A DNA stretch of 64,000 nucleotides from Spirochaetia bacterium (GTDB taxonomy: Bacteria; Spirochaetota; Spirochaetia; SZUA-6; Bin103). Of the stretch, positions 26,940-35,995 are shown in pieces. The notes under the pieces are model-generated. The model was not told the DNA's origin. It saw only the letters and a program-made list of their open reading frames with translations, and ran no database searches. The position numbers were made by a program, and so were the translations under genes. Every line of letters begins with the position of its first letter. The first letter of the stretch is position 1. Location: assembly GCA_965208575.1 (NCBI GenBank), contig CBDBOV010000006.1:1056001-1120000 (forward strand). The letters run 5' to 3'.

Positions 26940-28037
26940 CTACTGGCGGTGAAACTCCATCCAATAGTGTCCGTATTGACGGTATTCATTGCCGGCTGTT
27001 TCGTGCCAATACCAGGACACGATCAGCAGGTCGGGGCTGTCGGTCGGGGCGAACGCGATGCGGTCCGCTTTGAATTCTTCGCCGGGTTCCTCCGCCGTTC
27101 CACCCAGCGGCGTCCAGGTCGAACTCGCACCCTGAAAGTCGAGGAAGTAGTTCCCGTCGTCGAGCGTCCACGTGGCCGTGAACCGCTCGGTTCCGTGCGC
27201 CTCTCGCACCTCCCCAATGAACGTCCCGTCCGCTCCGATTGTCATCTCGAAGAGGACCGGACCCTGATCCCACTCATCGGTGGCCTGCCACACGCCGGTC
27301 AACGTTGGTACCGGATTCGGGATCCAATCGTAGCGCTCAAGCCCGACGTCCGCCGGCGTCTCGTGGTCATCCTGCCACTCATGCATGAACAGTACGCTGT
27401 GGTCGTCGCTTCCCCACACGTAGTGCTTCCGGACGCTCATCGAAGAGCCGTCTTCCTCGTCTTCCCACTCTCTTATCACCGTACCCTCGGCCGCTGTCGA
27501 CCATCCGCCGCTTGGATTCCACACGTGGTCAAGGGTTCCGTCAAGAAAGTAGTAGGATCGGGCCAGAACATACCTGCCACTCGTGAATGTAAGGGTGTCG
27601 ACGAAGTGTCCCTGAACCTCGCCGTCATCGTCGTGCCACTCGCGGCCTGGTGTCCTCCAGGTGCTTTGGAGTCCCGGCCTCACGGTGATGGTGAAGACGA
27701 GGGAAGCCTTCTTCGAGCCGGTGGCGTTGGTTGCGGTGTAGGTCACGCTGTGATTGCCGGCCGCGGTCGGGGTGCCGCTCAGCACGCGGGTGGCGGCGTC
27801 GAACGCCAGGCCAGCAGGTATCGGCGCGAGGTTGTAGGTCAAGTCACCCTTGTCACCCGTTGCCTCCGGCAGCGTGACGGGCGACGACGCCACGTCCCTG
27901 GTCATGGGTGGTATGGACAGCGTCAGCTCTTCCGCCGGGAAGTCTACCGGTGTACTCACGGTCGCCTGCTCGCAACCTGGCAGGCACATCACCACCGCGG
28001 CGGCTGCTGCCGGCCACGCGGTGCGTATCGATCTCAT
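26940..28037 (-). CDS. Lipoprotein with a putative Ig (He_PIG-like) domain and two beta-rich C-terminal domains
   Basis: Lipobox CLPGC; PVTLPEATGDKGDLTYNLAPIPAGLAFDAATRVLSGTPT; LQSTW.. and LTGVW.. modules; start uncertain (in-frame SD+ATG also at 28169). Confidence 0.75.
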   Translation of the reverse strand: MRSIRTAWPAAAAAVVMCLPGCEQATVSTPVDFPAEELTLSIPPMTRDVASSPVTLPEATGDKGDLTYNLAPIPAGLAFDAATRVLSGTPTAAGNHSVTYTATNATGSKKASLVFTITVRPGLQSTWRTPGREWHDDDGEVQGHFVDTLTFTSGRYVLARSYYFLDGTLDHVWNPSGGWSTAAEGTVIREWEDEEDGSSMSVRKHYVWGSDDHSVLFMHEWQDDHETPADVGLERYDWIPNPVPTLTGVWQATDEWDQGPVLFEMTIGADGTFIGEVREAHGTERFTATWTLDDGNYFLDFQGASSTWTPLGGTAEEPGEEFKADRIAFAPTDSPDLLIVSWYWHETAGNEYRQYGHYWMEFHRQ

Positions 28038-28209
28038 GTATTTCACCTTCGGTGTTCTCCTTGTCGTTTGTCGCGTAGTGGTCAGGGCAGGGAGCCCTGC
28101 TTGTCCGAACTTGTCTCGCGCAACGCGCTCCTGGCACGGAGCGGCGCGCCTGCGTTCACGTAGCTGCATGACCTCCTTTACGTGGGACTTCGGTGCTGGT
28201 TCCGGGCGT

Positions 28210-28473
28210 TCATCGGTGTCTGTCGCTCGGGCGGCGCGGCGGGCGTGGGATTTCGGCGGGCCACTCCCCGTCGTCGGGCCAGTGATCGGAGAGATACTGG
28301 AGCGCACGAGCCGCGCGACGGATCGTGATGGTGCGTCCGCGCTCCAGACGGGCGATCGTTTCGCCGCTTCCGGTCGCCAGGCGGGAGACCGTCGACAGCC
28401 GTCGCCGGGTGTGAGTAGCGAAGATCGTACAGAGGCGCGGTAACCACTCCGTCGTCGTGGCCGTGTCGTTCAT
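28210..28473 (-). CDS. Phage Cro-like HTH protein
   Basis: LSTVSRLATGSGETIARLERGRTITIRRAARALQYLSDHWP.DGEWPAEIPRP; divergent from a CI-like gene. Confidence 0.72.
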   Translation of the reverse strand: MNDTATTTEWLPRLCTIFATHTRRRLSTVSRLATGSGETIARLERGRTITIRRAARALQYLSDHWPDDGEWPAEIPRPPRRPSDRHR

Positions 28474-28479
28474 AGCATG

Positions 28480-28508
28480 ATTGTGTCATACATCGCATAT
28501 CCGTGCAA
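28480..28508 (-). promoter_or_regulatory. Putative leaderless sigma70 promoter of the cro-like gene
   Basis: TTGCAC-17 nt-CACAAT, 6 nt before the ATG; contains operator half-site ATGACAC. Confidence 0.6.
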
Positions 28509-28593
28509 CCCGTCTGTATTCACCCGTTTTCTTGCCGGGGGGCGCGAGGCTCCGGGACTCCCACCGGTAGCGTTTGGGGCTCGGTGCGGTTTC

Positions 28594-28618
28594 TGTTATC
28601 GTGTCATTTATGACACGA
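28594..28618 (+). promoter_or_regulatory. Putative extended -10 promoter and palindromic operator at the repressor start
   Basis: TG-T-TATCGT 7 nt before ATG 28610; perfect inverted repeat TCGTGTCAT-tt-ATGACACGA at 28599-28618. Confidence 0.65.
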
Positions 28619-29482
28619 GGCGGCCTGGACCACCTGCGCGCGACCGTAAAGACTCACGTCCAGCGCGAGGGATTGCGTCCGCTCTCCACCCGCACGGGGA
28701 TACCGGTCGGGCAGCTTCGCAGCCTCCTCGACGGGCGAGCAGCGCTGAGCACTACCATTGAGTGCGCTTCGACGGCGTTCGGATTGGAGTTCTACGTCGG
28801 ACCTCCGCGCGAATCCGATTCAGCCGGGCCGGCGGGCAGGGCGGTCGGTACTTCGGACAGCTCTGGCGGCCGCGAGCATCCCCAGTCTGCCGAGGTACCT
28901 GCGGCGGCAACGCCTCCCGCATGGGTGATGAATCTGCGCCGCGACTTGCGCGAGGACGTGGCCACGCTGCTACGGGGGTTCACCAGCGCCGACGCCCGAG
29001 CGTTTCTCGCCACCGGCGCCGCGGCGCGACAACCAGCGCTCACCGGCGTGGCGCCAAGTGCCGACTACGCGAGAGTTCGCATGCTCGACGCAGCCGCCGG
29101 CGGTGAGAGTGGCGGGGAGCTCCTGCTTGAGCAGGCGCGGGTCACCGGCTACCAGGAATTCCCGCGCCGATGGCTGGAGCGCCACGAGATCGATGCCGGT
29201 CGGTGTGCGATTGTCGGCATACGGGGAGACGCCATGGAACCGACGCTGCCGGACGGGTGTTCGATCCTGGTCGACTACACCCGTCGACGCCTGCGTGTCG
29301 GACGCATCTTCGTGGTGCGCTCCGGCGCCGAACTGATGGTGCGGCGGGCGCTCAAGGACCGCGCCGGCCGGTGGCTGTTGGCCGGCGATCATCATCCGCG
29401 CACGCCGCCGGCACCATGGGACCGGCGCGGTTCCGAGGTAGTCGGGGAGGTTCGCTGGATGGCCAACACGTTCGCGGGGTAG
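28610..29482 (+). CDS. CI/LexA-like repressor (HTH plus peptidase S24 domain), catalytic dyad substituted
   Basis: GLRPLSTRTGIPVGQLRSLLDG HTH; AAAGG cleavage-site-like; GDAMEPTLPDGCSILVD; GRIFVV...LMVRRA; VVGEVRW. Confidence 0.85.
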   Translation: MTRGGLDHLRATVKTHVQREGLRPLSTRTGIPVGQLRSLLDGRAALSTTIECASTAFGLEFYVGPPRESDSAGPAGRAVGTSDSSGGREHPQSAEVPAAATPPAWVMNLRRDLREDVATLLRGFTSADARAFLATGAAARQPALTGVAPSADYARVRMLDAAAGGESGGELLLEQARVTGYQEFPRRWLERHEIDAGRCAIVGIRGDAMEPTLPDGCSILVDYTRRRLRVGRIFVVRSGAELMVRRALKDRAGRWLLAGDHHPRTPPAPWDRRGSEVVGEVRWMANTFAG

Positions 29483-29620
29483 GACAATCGGAACGCGCGG
29501 CGCCGGGTGCAGCGCAACTGACGCCGACAGACTTGCTGGACGGTGCCGCCGGACAAGGTCGATGATCCTCCGATTCGAGCCTACCGGTAGACGCGGAACG
29601 TGCGCCGGCGCCCGCCAAGT

Positions 29621-29665
29621 GGGCAGGGCTGGGCAAGGCAGGGCAGGGCTGGGCTGGGCAGGGCA
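29621..29665 (+). repeat. Pentamer tandem repeat (GGGCW)x9
   Basis: gggca gggct gggca aggca gggca gggct gggct gggca gggca. Confidence 0.9.
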
Positions 29666-29720
29666 GGTCATGGCCGATGACGAAATACCGCTCCGGTGAT
29701 ACGATAGGGCACGGTGGAGG

Positions 29721-30455
29721 ATGCCCATGAAGAACTCCGCGCTCGCTGCTGCTCAGGTCGGGATTGACTACCCCACTACCGACGGTGAGCCCATGGCGGA
29801 AACCGATGCCCAGGGAATCCCCCTCATGTACGCGGTCACCGGTCTGCGCGACTACTTCCGCCACCGCCCCGACGTGTACGTGTCCGGCAACCTGTTGGTC
29901 TACTACGAAGCGGGCAACCTGGACGCCTCGGTGGCGCCGGACGTGTTCGTGGTGCTTGGAGTCCCGAACCACATGCGGCCGACCTACCGGATCTGGGAGG
30001 AAGGCAAGGGGCCCGACTTCGTGCTGGAGATCACCTCGCGCCACACGCGCGCCAACGACGAGGGTCCGAAGCGGGAACTGTACCAGCGGCTGGGGGTGCA
30101 GGAGTACTGGCGGTACGACCCGACGGGAGACTACCTGGAGCCGCCGTTGCACGGCCTGGAGCTGAGCGATGGAGCGTACCGGCGATTGCGGCCGAACTGG
30201 CTGGCGGACGGCACGCAGGTGATGTACAGCGCGGTGCTGGAGCTGGAGTTGAGGATTGAACGAGATGAACTGCGCTTCCGCGATCCGGTGAGCGGCGAGC
30301 GGGTGCGGACGCTGAGCGAAAGCAACGAAGAGCGGCGACAGGAGGCGGAAGCGCGCCGGCACGCCGAACAGAAGCGGCGACAGGAGGCGGCGGCACGCCG
30401 CGCCGCGGAAGCGCGGGTGGCGGAGCTGGAGGCGTTGCTGAACCGGCGTCGGTAA
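29721..30455 (+). CDS. Uma2 family (PD-(D/E)xK) endonuclease
   Basis: YPTTDGEPMAETD, VAPDVFVV, PDFVLEITS, LGVQEYWRYDP; C-terminal coiled-coil repeats. Confidence 0.92.
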   Translation: MPMKNSALAAAQVGIDYPTTDGEPMAETDAQGIPLMYAVTGLRDYFRHRPDVYVSGNLLVYYEAGNLDASVAPDVFVVLGVPNHMRPTYRIWEEGKGPDFVLEITSRHTRANDEGPKRELYQRLGVQEYWRYDPTGDYLEPPLHGLELSDGAYRRLRPNWLADGTQVMYSAVLELELRIERDELRFRDPVSGERVRTLSESNEERRQEAEARRHAEQKRRQEAAARRAAEARVAELEALLNRRR

Positions 30456-30577
30456 CGCCGGCCTGATGATCGGCTTTACGCCGAACTCCGGCCCCGTGAG
30501 CGATTTCAGCCGTCCCGGAAGTTTGGCTCTTGACGCGGCAAGTCCGGGTCCCGTGCCCGCGGCCCGGGTGACGCTCC

Positions 30578-31774
30578 TCAGGCGTCCCTGTAGTTCAGCT
30601 CTCGCTGCGCGGTTACCTTCGACTCGTCGATGGCGAAGCCGAGGCCGGGGGCGTCGGGGACGGTGATGGTGCCGGCGACCGGGTGCAGCGGATCGGCCAG
30701 GAAGAACTGGTGGACGATGTTCCACTTGACCAGGTATTCCTGGATCGGGCAGGTGGGGGGCGGCTGGGCGGCGATCAGGTGGGCGGTGGCGTGCGTGCTG
30801 TGGTTGTGCGGGATCACCGGCAGGTCGAAGGTGGAAGCGAGCGCGCAGATCTTGACGGTCTCGCTGATGCCGCCGCACCAGCAGATATCGGGTTGCAGCA
30901 CGTCCATGGCGCGGTTCTCGACAATCGCCCGGAACCCCCAGCGGGTGTACTCGTGCTCCCCGCCGGCGATGGCAATCGGGGAGCTGGCGCGAATCTCCAG
31001 GTAGCTGTCCAGCTTGTCGGCCAGAACCGGCTCCTCCAGCCAGCGGATGCCGTACTCGGCCAGCTCGCCCGCCAGGCGGATCGCGTAGGGCACGTCCCAG
31101 GAACTCCACGCATCCAGCATGAGGTCGACGTCCTCGCCCACCGCCTGCCTGAGCGCGGCGGCCAGCGCCAGGTTGCGGCGCACGCCGTCTGGGCCGTCGG
31201 CGGGGCCGTCGCGGAAGAACCACTTGGTGGCGGTGTAGCCCTCCGCCGCGAACCCGGCGGCGCGCCGGGCGGCTGCTTCCGGCTCGATCGAAAATCCCAG
31301 CGCGCTGGCGTAGGCCGGGAAGCTGGTACGGGTCGGCCCGCCGAGCAGCCGGTACACCGGCTGCCCGAGCGCCTTGCCCTTCAGGTCCCACAGGCCGCAG
31401 TCCACGACGCTGATCGCCATCATCGGCTCACCCTTGCGGCCGTGGATCGTCGACCGGTACATCAGGTCCCACAGCAGCTCGATGGCGAGCGGGTCGCGCC
31501 CGATCAGGAGCGGGCGCAGCGCGGTGTCGATGATGAACGCCTCGATCCGGCTGCATGGCCCGGACAGGCCCACGATGCCGTCGTCGGTGTGGATCTCCAG
31601 GAACACGGCCCGCAGATCGTAGCGTCCGTCGCCGACACCGGGCATGAGGTTGGCGCCGCGGCGGCGAAACTCGGGGTACACGTCCAACGGCATGATCAGC
31701 CGCTCCTCCCAGAACGGCTCCGGATGCTCCAGCACGCCGCACAACTCGCGCAGCTTCAGGTCGACGATCTTCAC
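30578..31774 (-). CDS. Mandelate racemase/muconate lactonizing enzyme family (sugar-acid dehydratase-like)
   Basis: HGRKG..MAISVVDCGLWDLKGK, TKWFF, MLDAW, WLEEP, GGEHEYT, QPD; GTG start with SD AGGAGG. Confidence 0.9.
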   Translation of the reverse strand: MKIVDLKLRELCGVLEHPEPFWEERLIMPLDVYPEFRRRGANLMPGVGDGRYDLRAVFLEIHTDDGIVGLSGPCSRIEAFIIDTALRPLLIGRDPLAIELLWDLMYRSTIHGRKGEPMMAISVVDCGLWDLKGKALGQPVYRLLGGPTRTSFPAYASALGFSIEPEAAARRAAGFAAEGYTATKWFFRDGPADGPDGVRRNLALAAALRQAVGEDVDLMLDAWSSWDVPYAIRLAGELAEYGIRWLEEPVLADKLDSYLEIRASSPIAIAGGEHEYTRWGFRAIVENRAMDVLQPDICWCGGISETVKICALASTFDLPVIPHNHSTHATAHLIAAQPPPTCPIQEYLVKWNIVHQFFLADPLHPVAGTITVPDAPGLGFAIDESKVTAQRELNYRDA

Positions 31775-31906
31775 TTCACCCTCCTGTTTACCGCCCGCCG
31801 TCACGGAGGCGGACGCCACCGCATGCTACCACTTCACGCCACCCGGCGGCGCGTTCACCAAAGGCGGGTTGTTGGTGTAAGCTGATGAGCGCCAGGAGGA
31901 ACTGCT

Positions 31907-32566
31907 ATGGCACTTCGCATAAACGACACGGCGCCCGATTTCCACGCCGACACGACACAGGGGCCGATCAACTTCCACGAGTGGGTCGGCGACGGCTGGG
32001 CGATCCTGTTCTCGCACCCCAAGGACTTCACGCCCGTGTGCACCACCGAGCTGGGCGCGGTGGCCGGCCTTACGGCCGAGTTCGCCAAGCGCAACTGCAA
32101 GGTGCTGGGCATCAGCGTGGACGGCGTGAGCGACCACGAGGCGTGGTCGAAGGACATCGAGGCGTCGCAGGGGCACGCGGTCACCTACCCGCTCATCGGC
32201 GACCCCGATCTGGCGATCGTCAAGGCGTACGACATGCTGCCCGCCGACGCCGGCGATACGTCCGAGGGCCGCACGCCGATGGACAACGCCACCGCGCGTA
32301 GCGTGTTCGTGATCGGCCCCGACAAGAAGATCAAGGCCACCCTCACCTACCCGATGAGCACCGGGCGCAACTTCGCCGAGATCCTGCGGCTGGTCGACTC
32401 CTGCCAGCTCACCGCGGGCAAGCAGGTGGCGACGCCGGCCAACTGGGCGCAGGGCGAGGACGTGATCATCCTGCCGTCGGTGTCGGACGAGGCGGCCAAG
32501 GAGACCTATCCCGACGGCTGGGAGCAGCCGCTGCCCTACATCCGCATCGTCCCGCAGCCGAAATAG
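31907..32566 (+). CDS. Peroxiredoxin (1-Cys, Prx6 type)
   Basis: FSHPKDFTPVCTTE, YPMSTGRNF, VATPANW. Confidence 0.95.
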   Translation: MALRINDTAPDFHADTTQGPINFHEWVGDGWAILFSHPKDFTPVCTTELGAVAGLTAEFAKRNCKVLGISVDGVSDHEAWSKDIEASQGHAVTYPLIGDPDLAIVKAYDMLPADAGDTSEGRTPMDNATARSVFVIGPDKKIKATLTYPMSTGRNFAEILRLVDSCQLTAGKQVATPANWAQGEDVIILPSVSDEAAKETYPDGWEQPLPYIRIVPQPK

Positions 32567-32570
32567 CGCA

Positions 32571-34610
32571 CTACTCGGCGTCGAATACCACCATGCCGTG
32601 GCCGTCGAGCATGGTTACGGCGACGTGCGCGTAGCCGTTGCGGTAGTCGACCGGCAGGTCGACGCCGTGCGGCTCCAGGTGCGCGCGGCGCGGCGCCGCC
32701 GGCAGCTTTACGGCCAGCGGCTGGTCGACCAGCGGGATGGCGTCTTCGACGATGTCCAGGCCGCTCGACTGCCCGGTGCGGTGGTCGAACGCGTCGGTGC
32801 GCCGCTCGCGCGCGAAGCACAGCAGGTGCACGACCGTGCGCGGCCCCGAGCGCACCACCGTGGTCTCCAGCAGCGACGGGGCATCGGCGGCGCGTACCAG
32901 CGGCTCCGGCAGCAGCAGGTCGATGCAGTTGCCGAGCAGGCGGCGGTGCGCCGGCACCGCGTGGCGCCCGTACAGGCCGAGGATCGGCAGCGCGAAGGTG
33001 ATCACGTTGCCGCTCTGCACCACCGCCGACCAGCGCGACAGCTCTGCCGGCGGCGTGTAGGAGTGGCCGGAGAAGCGCGCGAAGTGGCGCTCGAAGTAGG
33101 GCTCCACCACTCCGACCAGCGACTCGGCGCCGGCCGCCGGCTCGATCCGCACGCCCGGCTCGTAGGCGACGTGGTCGTACTCCGGGATGCCGGCGCTCAC
33201 CGCCGCACCCATGCGCAGGAAGGTGTGCGAGAATGGACTCGGCCCGGCGGCGGACACGCCCTGCTCGGCCAGCACCGGCTCGCCCTGCGCGGTGAATCCG
33301 GCCTGCCCTGACAGGATCAGGCCGCCCCCCGCGGCCACGAACGCGCGCAGCCTGGCCAGCAGCGCCTCGTCCACCGGGGTGGTCTCCGCCACCAGCACCA
33401 CCTCGTAACCGTCCAGGCCGGCATCGGGGCCGACCACGTCGAACTGCTGCTGCAACTGCTGCAGCGCGCGGGTGGCGCCGAGACCGGCGGCGCCCGGGGT
33501 GTCGCCCAGTTCCGGGTCCACCAGCAGCGCGATCTGGCTCTGCAGCACGCCGCCGGCCACGAACGGCTCGCACGCCTCGACGTGCGCGTACACGCCGCCG
33601 ATCAACTCGTACACCGCCGGCTGCGGGACGCCGCGCGGATGCAGCAGGTCGCCGATGCCGCCGGTCATGCCCTGGCTGAGCGCCTGGCAGCACTCGTACT
33701 TGAGCGCCGCCGCCGGCTTCAGGCCGGCGTTGTCCCCCCAGCTCTTGAAGAAGCGTCCGGTGTGGGTCAGGGTCGGCAGGCCGAACGGGCGCACGTAGCG
33801 CGCCACGTAGGGGAAGTAGGCGTACCCCCAGCCGCCGGTGGGCAGCGCCTCGATCTCCACCCGCCTGAGGTATTTCTTCTCCACGTGCAGGTTGGTCTTG
33901 GGGCGCGAGTTGTACCAGATGCCGAAGTGGTCGGCGCCCTTGCCGGCCTGCTCCACCAGGCCCGAGAACCGCTCCATGTAGGCCAGCGCCACCTCGCGCG
34001 CGTAGCGGTCGCGGTGCTCGGCGATGCGCGGGTCCAGGTTGCGCTTCGTCATCCCGGCCACCGCCCAGCGCGACACGCTCGGCTGGTCCCAGCACATGTC
34101 CAGGAAGATGCCGTCCACCGGCGCGTACAGCGCCAGCACCTCCTCGATCTGCTCGGCGAGGTACTCCTGGTAGGGACTGGACATGTCCAGCACCTGCCAG
34201 CCGGCGTGCAGCGCCTGCTCCTGGTCGGGTGAGAAATCGCGCGGCATCAGCTTGGCGTGGCGGCCGTCCGGCTGCACGGCCAGCCACTCGGGGTGGGTGT
34301 TGGCGGCGTACTCGTTGATCTGGCCGGTGATGTAGATCGGCGCGCGAATCCCGGCGCGGTGCAGGGCTTCGATCTGCGACCCGGTCAGGTCGAGGCCGGG
34401 CGCCAGGTTGGGGTGCCGGCAGGGGTGCTCGGTGCGGTAGTAGGCGTGGCCGTGATGGCAGGTGCCGAACACGGTGACGCTGTCGACGTGCGCCTCCTTG
34501 AATGTGCGCGCGAACTGCCCGGCGTCGAAGTCGGCGCCCACGCCGGGCACCTCCGGGCCGGTGTGGAAGTCGAGGTGGATGGTGCGCAGCGGAAAGGAGA
34601 ACTCAGGCAT
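32571..34610 (-). CDS. Glycoside hydrolase-like protein (GHL6/alpha-fucosidase-like with beta-galactosidase trimerisation domain)
   Basis: IHLDFHT, VDSVTVFGTCHHG, HPEW, DGIFLD, EALPTGGWGY, GRFFKSWGD, IGDLLHPRG. Confidence 0.8.
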   Translation of the reverse strand: MPEFSFPLRTIHLDFHTGPEVPGVGADFDAGQFARTFKEAHVDSVTVFGTCHHGHAYYRTEHPCRHPNLAPGLDLTGSQIEALHRAGIRAPIYITGQINEYAANTHPEWLAVQPDGRHAKLMPRDFSPDQEQALHAGWQVLDMSSPYQEYLAEQIEEVLALYAPVDGIFLDMCWDQPSVSRWAVAGMTKRNLDPRIAEHRDRYAREVALAYMERFSGLVEQAGKGADHFGIWYNSRPKTNLHVEKKYLRRVEIEALPTGGWGYAYFPYVARYVRPFGLPTLTHTGRFFKSWGDNAGLKPAAALKYECCQALSQGMTGGIGDLLHPRGVPQPAVYELIGGVYAHVEACEPFVAGGVLQSQIALLVDPELGDTPGAAGLGATRALQQLQQQFDVVGPDAGLDGYEVVLVAETTPVDEALLARLRAFVAAGGGLILSGQAGFTAQGEPVLAEQGVSAAGPSPFSHTFLRMGAAVSAGIPEYDHVAYEPGVRIEPAAGAESLVGVVEPYFERHFARFSGHSYTPPAELSRWSAVVQSGNVITFALPILGLYGRHAVPAHRRLLGNCIDLLLPEPLVRAADAPSLLETTVVRSGPRTVVHLLCFARERRTDAFDHRTGQSSGLDIVEDAIPLVDQPLAVKLPAAPRRAHLEPHGVDLPVDYRNGYAHVAVTMLDGHGMVVFDAE

Positions 34611-34879
34611 GGCGGGAGACTACCGGAGCCGGTCACTCAACGGCAACACGCACCGCCGCTCGACATTCTTCCCTGTTGACGCTTTCTCCGTCCCATCCCC
34701 CGCCCCACGTTGACTCAGCGTGTCTCATAGCTCGAAATATGGTTATACTTCTAAATCACATGCTTCACCAATGCGCTCGTTTGCGCGGACAACTCGCACA
34801 GCCTGATGACCGCTACAGTGTATAGCCTATTCTGGCTGCCATCCTCGCACCGACGGTGTGTATAGAAAGGAAGGGACTT

Positions 34880-35995
34880 ATGCCGACACCAGAGTCCAAA
34901 TCCACTCCGGACAACGATGTTGAAGAGCTGGAGGGCTTGGACAAGAGCGAGCCCTCCTGGGGTGACTATCCCTTGGAAGAGGTTCTTATCCGCAACGACA
35001 ATCGCACGATATATGACATAGTTCGCCGCATACGAGACGGCCGCTATGTCATGGATCCAGACTTCCAACGGGATTTCATATGGCGCGAGGACAAGCAGAG
35101 CAAGCTCATTGAATCCGTTGTAATGAGAATACCGCTGCCAGTGGTCTATCTCGCCGAGGACGATGAAGGCAGGATGGTAGTTGTCGACGGTCTACAGCGT
35201 CTCTCTACGTTCGACCGCTTCGTGAACGGCAGATTGAAACTTCAACTTTCCGATCGCCCCGAACTGCATGGCAAGACATTCATGGAGTTGTCTCCGAAGC
35301 TTCAGAACCGCATCGAAGACTGCAATCTGATCTGTTACATCATTGACTCGAAGGTCCCGGAGCGTGCTCGGCTCGACATTTTCGAACGCGTCAACGGTGG
35401 AGTCCCTCTGAGCCGCCAGCAAATGAGAAACAGCCTCTTCATGGGTCCGGCGACAAGGTTTCTCAAGGAAGCGGCGAGAACTGATCTGTTTCTGCAGGCA
35501 ACAGGTAGCAGCCTCAATACGAAAACCATGCGCGATCGCGAATTCGTCAATCGGTTCTGTGCGTTCCGAATTCTCGGCATCGACTCCTACCGCGGGAACG
35601 AAATGGATGAATTTCTAGCACAGTCCCTGCAGATCATGAATCGGATGAGTCAGAATGTGCTACAACAGTTGTCCGATGACCTACAGACGACACTGAACAA
35701 TAACTTCGTTTTGTTCAAACGCCACGCGTTCAGGAAGTATACGCCGGGTCAGACACGACGGAGCGTGCTGAACGCATCCCTGTGGGACGTGATGTCGACC
35801 GGCTTATCGTACTACACGAAGACGCAGGTAGAAGCGGCTGCCGACACTCTTCGAACAGCTTACTATCAGTTGCTCTCGGAAGAGGACTTCAATACAGCGA
35901 TTACCTACGGGACGAATGATAGGAAGAGGGTCTTACTTCGATTCGAGAGGGTAACGCACATGCTGGAGGAAACACTCGGTGCTCACCAGGATTGA
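34880..35995 (+). CDS. DUF262 (ParB-like/GmrS) protein, Menshen NsnA-like
   Basis: PDFQRDFIW, SKLIESVVMRIPLP, VVDGLQRLST, IFERVNGG. Confidence 0.88.
   Translation: MPTPESKSTPDNDVEELEGLDKSEPSWGDYPLEEVLIRNDNRTIYDIVRRIRDGRYVMDPDFQRDFIWREDKQSKLIESVVMRIPLPVVYLAEDDEGRMVVVDGLQRLSTFDRFVNGRLKLQLSDRPELHGKTFMELSPKLQNRIEDCNLICYIIDSKVPERARLDIFERVNGGVPLSRQQMRNSLFMGPATRFLKEAARTDLFLQATGSSLNTKTMRDREFVNRFCAFRILGIDSYRGNEMDEFLAQSLQIMNRMSQNVLQQLSDDLQTTLNNNFVLFKRHAFRKYTPGQTRRSVLNASLWDVMSTGLSYYTKTQVEAAADTLRTAYYQLLSEEDFNTAITYGTNDRKRVLLRFERVTHMLEETLGAHQD

Noticed and set aside
25746-28163. 805-aa ORF as a single fusion protein
   Set aside because: Product of the frameshift at ~26766 reading on antisense to the lipoprotein gene
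28210-29482. Intact prophage
   Set aside because: No integrase, replication, packaging or structural genes in the window
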